From positions 1 through 33,864 of the IMG/VR virus record IMGVR_UViG_3300018050_000260: 33,864 bases of DNA. One strand, given 5' to 3'. The DNA comes from a virus (lineage: Duplodnaviria; Caudoviricetes). The notes beneath the pieces are model-generated. The model did no database searches. It worked only from the letters and a program-made list of their open reading frames with translations, and was not told the origin of the DNA. The position numbers were made by a program, and so were the translations under genes. Below, one piece after another: positions 9,222 to 16,882 of this stretch (the stretch's first letter is position 1; each line of letters begins with the position of its first letter).

Positions 9222-9749
9222 ATGCCACAAGGACGCTTTCATCAAGACCAATCAGGCACAAAGATAGCGATGCTTACGCTATTGGAAAAAACTGAATCAC
9301 GCACAGGAAACGGCAGTTTTAAATATCGAGTTATGTGCGATTGTGGAACTGAAAAAATTGTAGGGTTTAGCCAAATGGCAACAGGCAGAACTCAATCCTG
9401 CGGTTGTTTGCAATTGCGTAAAGGTAAAGATGCTCCAGCATATAAACATGGTCGTAGCCAAACAAAAGAATATGACCTTGAACTGCACATGAAACGCAGT
9501 TACGGAATGGGCTTTAAAGAATACGAGGAAATGTTATTTGCTCAAGATGGCAAGTGCGCTATTTGTAAAGCAGAGCCACCCAAAGACCAGCACAAAACTA
9601 GATTAAACATAGACCATTGCCATACAACAGGCAAGGTTCGTGGATTGCTTTGTGACTGCTGTAATCGTGCTTTAGGCTTGATGCGAGACAATACAGAATT
9701 ATTGGAAAAAGCTATCAAATACTTAAACAAACTTTCTCTTGCGAGGTAA
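9222..9749 (+). CDS. Endonuclease VII-type HNH endonuclease (free-standing, homing-like)
   Basis: QDGKCAIC...LNIDHCHTTGKVRGLLCDCCNRALG motif plus N-terminal CDCG...SCGC domain. SD GAGGA before ATG 9222. AT-rich relative to the genome. Confidence 0.9.
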   Translation: MPQGRFHQDQSGTKIAMLTLLEKTESRTGNGSFKYRVMCDCGTEKIVGFSQMATGRTQSCGCLQLRKGKDAPAYKHGRSQTKEYDLELHMKRSYGMGFKEYEEMLFAQDGKCAICKAEPPKDQHKTRLNIDHCHTTGKVRGLLCDCCNRALGLMRDNTELLEKAIKYLNKLSLAR

Positions 9750-9752
9750 CTC

Positions 9753-10226
9753 ATGTTTTTACTCAACGGCAATCCACTTCCACTCGACACACCATTCACC
9801 ATTGATGGAACTTCATACCCCGCCAACTGGCTACGTTTGACCAGCATTGCAGAGAAGAATGCTGTTGGCATCACAGAGGTGGCAGATGTGACCACCACAT
9901 ACGATGACCGCTTTTATTGGAGTGCAGACAATCCCAAACAACTAGATGACCTCACCGTCACACCAGAGCAAGGTGAACCATACATTCAGCATGGACTCAA
10001 ACATCAATGGATTGCACAGGTCAAAGACACCGCCAACAAATTGCTGTCTCAGTCTGATTGGATGGTGATTCGCAAGGTTGAGCGTAGCGTGGATATACCC
10101 GCTGATACTGTGACATACAGGGCGGCAGTGATTGCTGAATGCACAAGGCTTGTGACTGCCATCCAAGGCTGTGCTGATGTACCTGCTTTGATTGCTGTGG
10201 TAACTGCACAAGGATGGCCAACATGA
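9753..10226 (+). CDS. Tail-fibre-associated protein (assembly/chaperone-like)
   Basis: 157 aa, follows the tail genes. YPANWL motif and C-terminal LLSQSDWMVIRK...YRAAV...WP resemble tail fibre assembly proteins. Confidence 0.6.
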   Translation: MFLLNGNPLPLDTPFTIDGTSYPANWLRLTSIAEKNAVGITEVADVTTTYDDRFYWSADNPKQLDDLTVTPEQGEPYIQHGLKHQWIAQVKDTANKLLSQSDWMVIRKVERSVDIPADTVTYRAAVIAECTRLVTAIQGCADVPALIAVVTAQGWPT

Positions 10227-10378
10227 CCCCCGTAGAAGCCCGTCTGGATACGCACGAAGCCGTGTGTGAGCTGCGCTATGAGAGCATCAACGCTCGACTC
10301 AAGCGCATTGAGCAGATCCTGATCGGCAGCTGCGCGGCAATCATTGGCATGCTGATGACGCTGGTGTTAAAGCTGTGA
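10223..10378 (+). CDS. Small coiled-coil protein with C-terminal TM helix (XhlA/holin-like); absent from the ORF track
   Basis: MTPVEARLDTHEAVCELRYESINARLKRIEQILIGSCAAIIGMLMTLVLKL (51 aa); ATGA overlap with the upstream gene; AGGA upstream. Confidence 0.75.
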   Translation: MTPVEARLDTHEAVCELRYESINARLKRIEQILIGSCAAIIGMLMTLVLKL

Positions 10379-10384
10379 TGCATC

Positions 10385-11083
10385 ATGCCGCTCACCATTG
10401 CTCTGGCTGCTGTCGCCTTGGTGAAGAACATCCGGGAGGGGTGCGAGCTTTACAAGCAGGCAAAGGAATCCTTTGTCGAAATAAAGGAAACCTATGACGA
10501 AGTTGCTGGGATTGCTCAAGAGGTACACGGGTTCCTTGGCCCAATCATTGCGTTTTTCAAGGGAAAAACTAAGCCTGCAAAGCCGACTCCTGTGGCTGCA
10601 CGCGCAAAGAATAAGTCTAAGTACGTTGCTATTGATGAGACAAAAATCAAAGCAGATATCGTCCAGCATCTCAGCGAGTTTTTCACGCTTCAAGAAAAAC
10701 TAGCGGCCAAGATCAGACTTGAGGAGGAGCAGAGCAAGACAGTTTATGACCCCGACCAGAACCACAACATCGCTGCCATGAACCGAGTGCTGGCGCTGCA
10801 GCAGATGTCTGAGCTGGAGATTGAGATCAGAGAGGTCATGGTGTACCAGACCCCCGGCATGGGTGCCTTGTACAGCGAGGTCTTCAAGATGAGAGAAGTC
10901 ATCAAAGAGGAACAGGAAAAAGCCAGACTAAAACAAGAGGCACAAAAGCGGGAAGCAGCATGGCAACTCAGGCAAAAGGAAAGAGATCTGCAAGCCAAGC
11001 TCGCGGTGGTAGTAGTGACTACCCTATTCCTCCTCTACCTGTGGTTGTGGCTCCTCCTGATCGGTCGCTGGAGCAAGACTTGA
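10385..11083 (+). CDS. Coiled-coil membrane-anchored hypothetical protein (lysis region)
   Basis: 232 aa, charged coiled coil, hydrophobic C-terminal TM segment. Confidence 0.75.
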   Translation: MPLTIALAAVALVKNIREGCELYKQAKESFVEIKETYDEVAGIAQEVHGFLGPIIAFFKGKTKPAKPTPVAARAKNKSKYVAIDETKIKADIVQHLSEFFTLQEKLAAKIRLEEEQSKTVYDPDQNHNIAAMNRVLALQQMSELEIEIREVMVYQTPGMGALYSEVFKMREVIKEEQEKARLKQEAQKREAAWQLRQKERDLQAKLAVVVVTTLFLLYLWLWLLLIGRWSKT

Positions 11084-11250
11084 TGGGGTGGATCGCGGCC
11101 TGCCTGCTCGCTGGGCTGATGCTGCCGCTGTTGGCCATGCTGTACCTCGACGTGTTGGAAACAAAGAACGAGGCCAAGCAGTCGATTGAGAAGGTGGAGA
11201 AACTTAGACGGCAAGTGGAACAACAAAGGAAAGGAACCAAGGATGAGTAA
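11083..11250 (+). CDS. Small membrane protein (N-terminal TM plus coiled coil)
   Basis: MGWIAACLLAGLMLPLLAMLYLDVLETKNEAK... (55 aa); TGATG-coupled; GGAG upstream. Confidence 0.65.
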   Translation: MGWIAACLLAGLMLPLLAMLYLDVLETKNEAKQSIEKVEKLRRQVEQQRKGTKDE

Positions 11251-11572
11251 GCAGCTTGAAAAAGGATCAATGTACGACCAGTTTGACACCAACCATGATG
11301 GTGTTGTGACTGATGACGAGCTCGCAAAGAGCGAGCGCATGATGCAGATTGAGAACATGGACAAGCTGGCCGACCAGCAGCGTGTCATGGCGTGGGTGGC
11401 CATGGGCCTGCCGTTTGCCATCATCATGTTCTTGTGCTTGCCCTACATCACCGACTCGCGGGTGCAGCTGATCATGGGCTTGGCCACAACCTTTGCTGCT
11501 GCGATGGGCACCATCGTGGTCGCCTTCATGGCAGCCACTGCCTACATTCGCGGCAAGATGAACGATGCTTAA
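11243..11572 (+). CDS. EF-hand plus two-TM protein, putative holin
   Basis: Loop DTNHDGVVTDDE followed by two hydrophobic helices; directly upstream of the spanins and endolysin; SD AAGGA. Confidence 0.65.
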   Translation: MSKQLEKGSMYDQFDTNHDGVVTDDELAKSERMMQIENMDKLADQQRVMAWVAMGLPFAIIMFLCLPYITDSRVQLIMGLATTFAAAMGTIVVAFMAATAYIRGKMNDA

Positions 11573-12023
11573 GCTGGCCATCGCTGCTGCCATGCTGGCG
11601 GCTGCCTTTGCGTCTGGCTTTGCTGTGCAGGGCTGGCGCAAGGATGCAGAGATTGCTGCGATTGAGGCGGCCAACGCGGCTGCTGTGGCCGCTGCCACTG
11701 CGCAGGCCATGGAACAAACCACCGAGATGCAAAGGAAAAAAGATGACGCACTACGACTCGCGGCAAAGCGTGCTCAAGACAATGCTGCCGCTGCTGCTGC
11801 TGCTCGCGCTGAGCGTGACGGGCTGCGCAACCAGATCAACACCGCCACCACCGCCCTGCCCACAGCTACCTGCGCCTCCAGCAGAGACTACGCCGCCACC
11901 GCCGCAGCCTTATTCGACCAGTGTGCTGCAGCTCTTGAAGAGCTGGCGACAAAAGCTGATGGACACGCCACTGATTCAAGAACCCTGACCAACTCTTGGC
12001 CAACAACTGAAAGGAAACCATGA
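11565..12023 (+). CDS. Rz: i-spanin (Rz-like)
   Basis: N-terminal TM, then GWR and an Ala-rich coiled coil with two Cys; contains a nested lipoprotein ORF. Confidence 0.85.
   Translation: MLKLAIAAAMLAAAFASGFAVQGWRKDAEIAAIEAANAAAVAAATAQAMEQTTEMQRKKDDALRLAAKRAQDNAAAAAAARAERDGLRNQINTATTALPTATCASSRDYAATAAALFDQCAAALEELATKADGHATDSRTLTNSWPTTERKP
11743..11988 (+). CDS. Rz1: o-spanin lipoprotein (Rz1-like), fully embedded in Rz in the +1 frame
   Basis: SD AAAGGA before ATG 11743. Signal peptide LPLLLLLALSVTG-C (lipobox), then Pro-rich PPPPPCPQLPAPP. Alternative start at 11782. Confidence 0.85.
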   Translation: MTHYDSRQSVLKTMLPLLLLLALSVTGCATRSTPPPPPCPQLPAPPAETTPPPPQPYSTSVLQLLKSWRQKLMDTPLIQEP

Positions 12024-12484
12024 ACCTAACCGCTAATTTTTCCCTGCATGAGCTGACCAAGTCAGAGACAGCCCTGCGCATGGGCTTTGACAATACACCC
12101 GGTGAAGCTGAGACTGAGGCCCTGCGCCTGCTGTGCGAGAAGGTGCTGCAGCCTGTGCGCGACCACTACGGCAAGGGTGTCAAGGTGAACTCTGGGTTCC
12201 GCAGTCCTGAGTCGAATGCAGCGGTCGGAGGGTCGAAGACCTCAGACCATTGCCTTGGCCGAGCAGCCGATATTGAGATACCCGGCGTGGCCAATGCCGA
12301 TCTGGCGCAGTGGATCATGGACAACCTTGAGTACACGCAGCTCATTCTTGAGTTCTACACACCCGGCATTCCAGACAGCGGATGGGTGCATGTGTCATAC
12401 GATCCAGCCAACCTCAAAAAGCAAGAGCTCACCGCCACCAAGGTGGCAGGTAAGACTCAATACTTGACAGGCTTGGTAGCTTAA
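12020..12484 (+). CDS. Endolysin, peptidase M15A family
   Basis: NFSLHELTKS, VNSGFRS...N..VGG..TSDHCLGRAADI and WVHVSY zinc-peptidase motifs. Confidence 0.92.
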   Translation: MNLTANFSLHELTKSETALRMGFDNTPGEAETEALRLLCEKVLQPVRDHYGKGVKVNSGFRSPESNAAVGGSKTSDHCLGRAADIEIPGVANADLAQWIMDNLEYTQLILEFYTPGIPDSGWVHVSYDPANLKKQELTATKVAGKTQYLTGLVA

Positions 12485-13467
12485 CCCTGCGATGCACCCA
12501 GCGCTTTGATGCGCTGGCTGTAGCTGGCTGTGTGCCTGATCCGCTTGACCATGTCAATGCGCCCGATGGTGTCTTCGTTGGCCAAGCGCAGTTCTTTCAG
12601 CGCGGTCATGCGCTCGCGTGCAGGCCGCTTGCCAGCTCTGGCTGTCTTGTCGGCCAGATCTTCGTAGGCATCTGCCCACTGATCCAAGTCATCATGTATT
12701 GAGAAGGCCTCTTCCTTGCCGGGCACCATCAAGGCATACCCAAACCGCGCCACGGTATCAGCAGGCTGCAGCTCTTCAGCTTCAGCTTGCACTGTCACCA
12801 GCTCTGGCTCAACCGTGTCGGCCAGCGCTGCTTCAATAATGACCGGATCGCTGGTCTGCACAGGTATGGCCACCGGCTCCGGCTTGGCCACCAGATCCAG
12901 CGGGTTGGCTGGCTTGGCCACTGGCCGTGGCTTGGCCTCATCAGGATAGTCGGCTGCCTCTTCGGCGCTGATCAAGCCCTTGAGCACATCGGGAAAGGCA
13001 TCGCGCAGCGCAAAGCCGCGAGCTCGCATTTGCATCATGCGTTTCGGATATGCCGACCACGGGCCCTGCTTGCCCCACAGACCAGCTCGCTTGGCATCTT
13101 CAAGGCTGAACTTGGCAATCACTGGCTTGCGATTTTTTCGCTTGGCCACGCAGACGGCTACCGGGTTGGGTGTGTCTTCGCCTTCAAAGAATTCTTCAAC
13201 GTCTTCACAGACTGCGCTGGCCTGCACAAGCGCCATCATGGCATCGCCGTAGACCGATGGCTTGCCGTTAATCACAGCAATATTTTGCAGGGCTTGCATG
13301 GGTGCCAGCCCCATCTCATAGCCCCACTGCACGCAGACCAGAATGTCTTGGGGCTTGCCTTGGTAGGCTTTAGGCACCATGCTGGAGCTGGCCAGCATGT
13401 CGCTGAATTGAATGGCCTCGGTGAGGGTGGCTGGCGCAAAGCCCCGGTTAGTGGTGGTTAGTTCCAT
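12481..13467 (-). CDS. recT: RecT-like single-strand annealing protein
   Basis: GYEMGLAPMQALQNIAVINGKPS and W..YPKRMMQMRARGFALRDAFPDVLKG; adjacent to a YqaJ exonuclease. Confidence 0.85.
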   Translation of the reverse strand: MELTTTNRGFAPATLTEAIQFSDMLASSSMVPKAYQGKPQDILVCVQWGYEMGLAPMQALQNIAVINGKPSVYGDAMMALVQASAVCEDVEEFFEGEDTPNPVAVCVAKRKNRKPVIAKFSLEDAKRAGLWGKQGPWSAYPKRMMQMRARGFALRDAFPDVLKGLISAEEAADYPDEAKPRPVAKPANPLDLVAKPEPVAIPVQTSDPVIIEAALADTVEPELVTVQAEAEELQPADTVARFGYALMVPGKEEAFSIHDDLDQWADAYEDLADKTARAGKRPARERMTALKELRLANEDTIGRIDMVKRIRHTASYSQRIKALGASQG

Positions 13468-13633
13468 TTGGATCTCTCTCAGTTAAGTAGGTTTGCATGG
13501 TGGTGAAAATCAGGTGGGCCATAGCCTCGACAAAGGCCTCGGCTTGTGGCTCGGTGCAGCCGGTGGCATTGAGCATGGCCACGACAAATGCGTCGTAGGC
13601 CTGCTGGATGTCGAGCCTGCCTTGCAGGTTCAC
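13448..13633 (-). CDS. Hypothetical protein
   Basis: 61 aa, GTGA-coupled to the exonuclease; fills the gap in the operon. Confidence 0.55.
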   Translation of the reverse strand: MNLQGRLDIQQAYDAFVVAMLNATGCTEPQAEAFVEAMAHLIFTTMQTYLTERDPNGTNHH

Positions 13634-14586
13634 GACTGCTCCTTGATGGTCAGCGTGGACTGGCGCACAGAGTAGGCTTCCTTGGCTGGCACCAAGCGCT
13701 CGGCTGCCGCCTTATAGTTGCGCATGGGCCAGTTAATTACAAAGCGGCCAGCTCGGCCACGCTCGGCCTGCCCCATCAGCTCCTTGATCTGCTTCTCAGC
13801 GTTGTCAATTGAGGCCTCGGCTTCTCTGACCACAGACTTGGCAGCCAGCAGCTGCTCGGCCAAGCGCTCGGCCTGCATGTCAAGGGATATCTCTTCCTTG
13901 GCCACGGCCTGCGGGTAGATGCGATCCATCTCCTTGCTTGTCTCAGGCGGGTACCAGTCAATGGCACCGCTCTCACGGTAGGTTTGCAGCTTGTGCTCGA
14001 AGGCCAGCACAGCTTTGATGATTGCTTTTTGCGTGTCGTCATGCGGGGCAAACAAGAACACGCGCAGTTCGATGCCTTGGTACAGCACGCACACCGCGCC
14101 CCACTTGTGGCCAGTGATCAGCATCTGGCCTTGCAGCTGGATTGGGCCACGCGCAAGGTGGGGCACATCTTCGGGCATGGTCTTGGTGAGTTTGGCTTCA
14201 AGAACGCCGGGTCCATTGAGAATGATTGAGTCTTGGCCAACCACATAGATACCCTTGTCGGGGTCGGTGAAGATCTCTTGGCCAAGGCCAAAGCCAATGC
14301 CATCCAGCGAGCACGACAGGGCCACAGCGTTGTGGGTGTAGGCGTGTCCGATCTGGGTGTCATAGTCGGTGATCCCCAAGCGCTTGGCTGATTCAACCAG
14401 GATGACCGGCTCCAAGGTGTTGCCCCAGCCCATGGCCTCGTTGCCGATGTCGGGGCGCTCTTTGCCGTCAATGGCGTTGATGCTGAACTGCAGCTCATCA
14501 TTGGGTGTGCTGTATTTGCTGAAGCCCATCAGGCCGGGTAAGCGCGATGCGCTCATTGCTTTGTCGTCGGTCAGTTTGCCTGCCAT
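13630..14586 (-). CDS. YqaJ-like (lambda-Exo family) exonuclease
   Basis: SASRLPGLMGFSKYSTP, MGWGNTLEPVI, SLDG, LEAK and QLQGQM motifs. Start revised to ATG 14586 (SD AGGAG). Confidence 0.88.
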   Translation of the reverse strand: MAGKLTDDKAMSASRLPGLMGFSKYSTPNDELQFSINAIDGKERPDIGNEAMGWGNTLEPVILVESAKRLGITDYDTQIGHAYTHNAVALSCSLDGIGFGLGQEIFTDPDKGIYVVGQDSIILNGPGVLEAKLTKTMPEDVPHLARGPIQLQGQMLITGHKWGAVCVLYQGIELRVFLFAPHDDTQKAIIKAVLAFEHKLQTYRESGAIDWYPPETSKEMDRIYPQAVAKEEISLDMQAERLAEQLLAAKSVVREAEASIDNAEKQIKELMGQAERGRAGRFVINWPMRNYKAAAERLVPAKEAYSVRQSTLTIKEQS

Positions 14587-14590
14587 TTTC

Positions 14591-14875
14591 TTACTCCTGT
14601 AGTTGATAAACACGCACCACTCTGGCATGCGCTTGGGGGTGATTGGCCTCAACAAGGCCAACCTTGACGAACTGTTTGGTGCGAAAGACCGCGCCCAGAA
14701 CAGATGGGTGGAGGTGCGCGGGGATCTGGACTCGCTCGCGCACATCATTGATACTGACACTGCCATGCTGGCGGCAGACCTCGGCAGCGACTACCCGGCA
14801 GCGTGCCAAGAAGTCGGCATCGCGCTGCTCAAACAGGTCGAGCTGCGCATCTCTCAGGATCTGGCCAACCTTCAT
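14591..14875 (-). CDS. Hypothetical protein, possibly DNA-binding
   Basis: 94 aa, coupled within the leftward operon. Confidence 0.7.
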   Translation of the reverse strand: MKVGQILRDAQLDLFEQRDADFLARCRVVAAEVCRQHGSVSINDVRERVQIPAHLHPSVLGAVFRTKQFVKVGLVEANHPQAHARVVRVYQLQE

Positions 14876-15078
14876 ACGAAGATGATCACAACCAACGCGA
14901 TGGCTGACACCACATACAGGGCTATGTCGGCAGCTGCAGCTGCTCTGATTTCGAGCTTGTGCGGTGGTGGCAGCAAGGCACGCTGCAGGCGCAGCATGTC
15001 AGGGTCTGATTCTGGGGTGAGGGCAGGCTCATGAGCTGAGCCGATGATCACTTTGCCGGTGTTGAATTTTTGCTTCAT
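14872..15078 (-). CDS. Small hypothetical protein with C-terminal TM helix
   Basis: MKQKFNTGKVIIGSAHEP...IALYVVSAIALVVIIFV; SD AAGGAG before 15078. Confidence 0.7.
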   Translation of the reverse strand: MKQKFNTGKVIIGSAHEPALTPESDPDMLRLQRALLPPPHKLEIRAAAAADIALYVVSAIALVVIIFV

Positions 15079-15089
15079 GGTTTCGCTCC

Positions 15090-15743
15090 TTAGATGCGTT
15101 TCAAGAGGTTGGACACCTGTGAGGCGTTCCAGTTGGTGTTGCCGCGTGGTGTGGCCACGCCGCGTGCTTGCAGGGCTGCTGCGATGTCGCGCATGGTTTC
15201 GGCGCCAGACTTGGTGATGATGTCGCGCACGATGGGGCCAACGCGCTCGGCGTACCTGTCGGCCTTGGCTTGGATCTTGGCCACGCCAATGGCTGAGCCG
15301 ATCTGGGGTGTGGGGCAGCCAAGGGTGCGGCCCTGTGCTTTGACCTGCGCCAGCGCTGACTTGGTGCGCTCGCTGATCTTGCGTGCTTCCCACTCAGCAA
15401 ACACGGCCATCATTTGAAGGAAGGTGCGGTCGGCTTCGGGCATGTCGGCGCAGACGAAGGGCACGCCGGACTCAAGCAGGCCAGAGATAAAGTGCACGTT
15501 ACGGGCGAGGCGGTCCAGCTTAGCGATCACCAAGGTGGCCTTGGCCTTCTTGGCGGTGGCCAGTGCAGCGGCCAGCTGCTCGCGGTCGTTCTTGCGGCCA
15601 GACTCGACCTCGGTGAACTCGGCAACCAGCTCGGCGGCGGCGATGTGCTTGGCCACAGCTGCACGCTGGGCATCAAGGCCGAGGCCTGACTGGCCTTGGC
15701 GGTCGGTGGAAACGCGGTAGTAGGCGACGTATTTGGTGGACAT
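15090..15743 (-). CDS. Serine recombinase (resolvase/invertase catalytic domain plus short DNA-binding domain)
   Basis: YYRVSTDRQ (catalytic Ser), ESGRKNDREQL, LVIAKLDRLARN, AEWEARKISERTKSAL; C-terminal MRDIAAALQARGVATPRG..WNASQV. Confidence 0.93.
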   Translation of the reverse strand: MSTKYVAYYRVSTDRQGQSGLGLDAQRAAVAKHIAAAELVAEFTEVESGRKNDREQLAAALATAKKAKATLVIAKLDRLARNVHFISGLLESGVPFVCADMPEADRTFLQMMAVFAEWEARKISERTKSALAQVKAQGRTLGCPTPQIGSAIGVAKIQAKADRYAERVGPIVRDIITKSGAETMRDIAAALQARGVATPRGNTNWNASQVSNLLKRI

Positions 15744-15745
15744 GA

Positions 15746-15940
15746 TCAAGCCTCGCACTGGTCAAGCAATGCGTCCAGCTTCTTGTTGAGCAAGTCAACT
15801 TTGCGCTGTGCTGCAGGCTTCAAGAAGGTCTGTTGGCCAGAGTGGTAGGCCTTGTCACCGCCGATGTAGTTGGCAGCTGTGTGCTCAATGACAAGGAGCT
15901 GGCGCTCGATGTCTTGGATCTGTTGGGCTAGTGTGGTCAT
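15746..15940 (-). CDS. Hypothetical protein, first gene of the leftward operon
   Basis: 64 aa with SD AGGAG. Confidence 0.7.
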   Translation of the reverse strand: MTTLAQQIQDIERQLLVIEHTAANYIGGDKAYHSGQQTFLKPAAQRKVDLLNKKLDALLDQCEA

Positions 15941-16104
15941 GTTGAACTCCTGTAGGCTTTATCTGCCTGTTGAACATGAGCGAATCATAGCACGGTTTGT
16001 ATATCGCTTTGGAAGTACCCAAACCAAGTATTTTCTAGGGAGTTACCCTAATACAACACATTTGGCTGGGCAGGCGGTATCAGGTAGATATACACTCAGC
16101 GCCC
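15941..16104. promoter_or_regulatory. Divergent control region
   Basis: Leftward extended -10 TGcTATGAT (15984-15992), rightward -10-like TACACT (16091-16096), palindrome TAGGG-N5-CCCTA (16036-16050), inverted GATATAC boxes (15999-16007 and 16087-16093). Confidence 0.7.
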
Positions 16105-16299
16105 ATGAAACCTAAACTCAAACCTTTTCTCATGCGCTTGCACCCTGCCACGCGGGAGCTGCTTGACAAGGCAGCTGTTGACCAAGGCCGCAGCGTGTCA
16201 TCCCTGATTGACCAGTGTGTGCGTGAGCAGCTCGCGCCCCGCTACGGTGAGCTCCAGCCCCGGCTGCAGCGATTCCTCTCTGGGGTGCGCCAGCCATGA
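16105..16299 (+). CDS. Ribbon-helix-helix (Arc/CopG-like) transcriptional regulator
   Basis: KPFLMRLHPATRELLDKAAVDQGRSVSSLIDQCV fits the RHH pattern; first gene right of the divergent region. Confidence 0.8.
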   Translation: MKPKLKPFLMRLHPATRELLDKAAVDQGRSVSSLIDQCVREQLAPRYGELQPRLQRFLSGVRQP

Positions 16300-16418
16300 C
16301 ACCACAAGAAGCACACAAGTTGTTGGACAGGGTGCGTGAAGGCCGACCTGTACCGCTGTACCTGATTGAGCTGGCGCTGGTGGCCACGGGCGACAAGCCT
16401 GCGGAGCTCGGGCCATGA
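16296..16418 (+). CDS. Small hypothetical protein; absent from the ORF track
   Basis: MTPQEAHKLLDRVREGRPVPLYLIELALVATGDKPAELGP (40 aa), ATGA-coupled at both ends. Confidence 0.7.
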   Translation: MTPQEAHKLLDRVREGRPVPLYLIELALVATGDKPAELGP

Positions 16419-16882
16419 ATGAAACCATATTGGCACTGGACTTGGGCACCACCACGGGCTGGGCATGCAGGCCCATGGACGGCAGCATTGTGCATGGCTG
16501 GGCCAGCTTCAAACCCGGCAGGTACGAAGGTGGGGGCATGCGTTATTTGCGCTTCAAGCAGTGGCTCAGTGAGCTCAAAGGCACGGTCGGTGGCGAGCTG
16601 CAGGCGGTGTACTTTGAGGAGGTGCGCAGGCATGCGTCAACTGACTCAGCGCATGTCTACGGTGGGCTGATGGCCACGCTGACAGCATGGTGTGAGCACC
16701 ACAAGATCCCCTACCAAGGCGTGCCGGTGGGCACAATCAAGAAGCACGCGACGGGGAGGGGCAACGCAGGCAAGCACGACATGGTCGAGGCCATGCAGCT
16801 GCTTGGCCATCCTGTCACTGACGACAATGAGGCAGACGCGCTGGCGCTTTTACACTGGGCATTGGAGGTGCAATCATGTTGA
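16415..16882 (+). CDS. ruvC: RuvC-like Holliday junction resolvase
   Basis: ILALDLGTTTGWA, YFEEV, TIKKHATGRGNAGK and DDNEADALAL motifs. Confidence 0.88.
   Translation: MNETILALDLGTTTGWACRPMDGSIVHGWASFKPGRYEGGGMRYLRFKQWLSELKGTVGGELQAVYFEEVRRHASTDSAHVYGGLMATLTAWCEHHKIPYQGVPVGTIKKHATGRGNAGKHDMVEAMQLLGHPVTDDNEADALALLHWALEVQSC

Noticed and set aside
9190-9749. Group I intron or intein around the HNH gene
   Set aside because: The ORF fills the whole insert, leaving no room for a ribozyme core. The tail gene has its own stop, and there are no intein terminal motifs.
5210-10226. BPP-1-type diversity-generating retroelement
   Set aside because: No reverse transcriptase or Avd ORF, and no TR/VR pair differing at adenines was seen.
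10960-11250. Programmed frameshift joining the 232-aa and 55-aa ORFs
   Set aside because: No clear slippery heptamer; TGATG coupling with an SD explains the downstream gene.
5210-15743. Tail-fibre inversion system driven by the serine recombinase
   Set aside because: No inverted alternative fibre cassette or flanking inverted repeats were seen, and the recombinase is far from the fibre genes.
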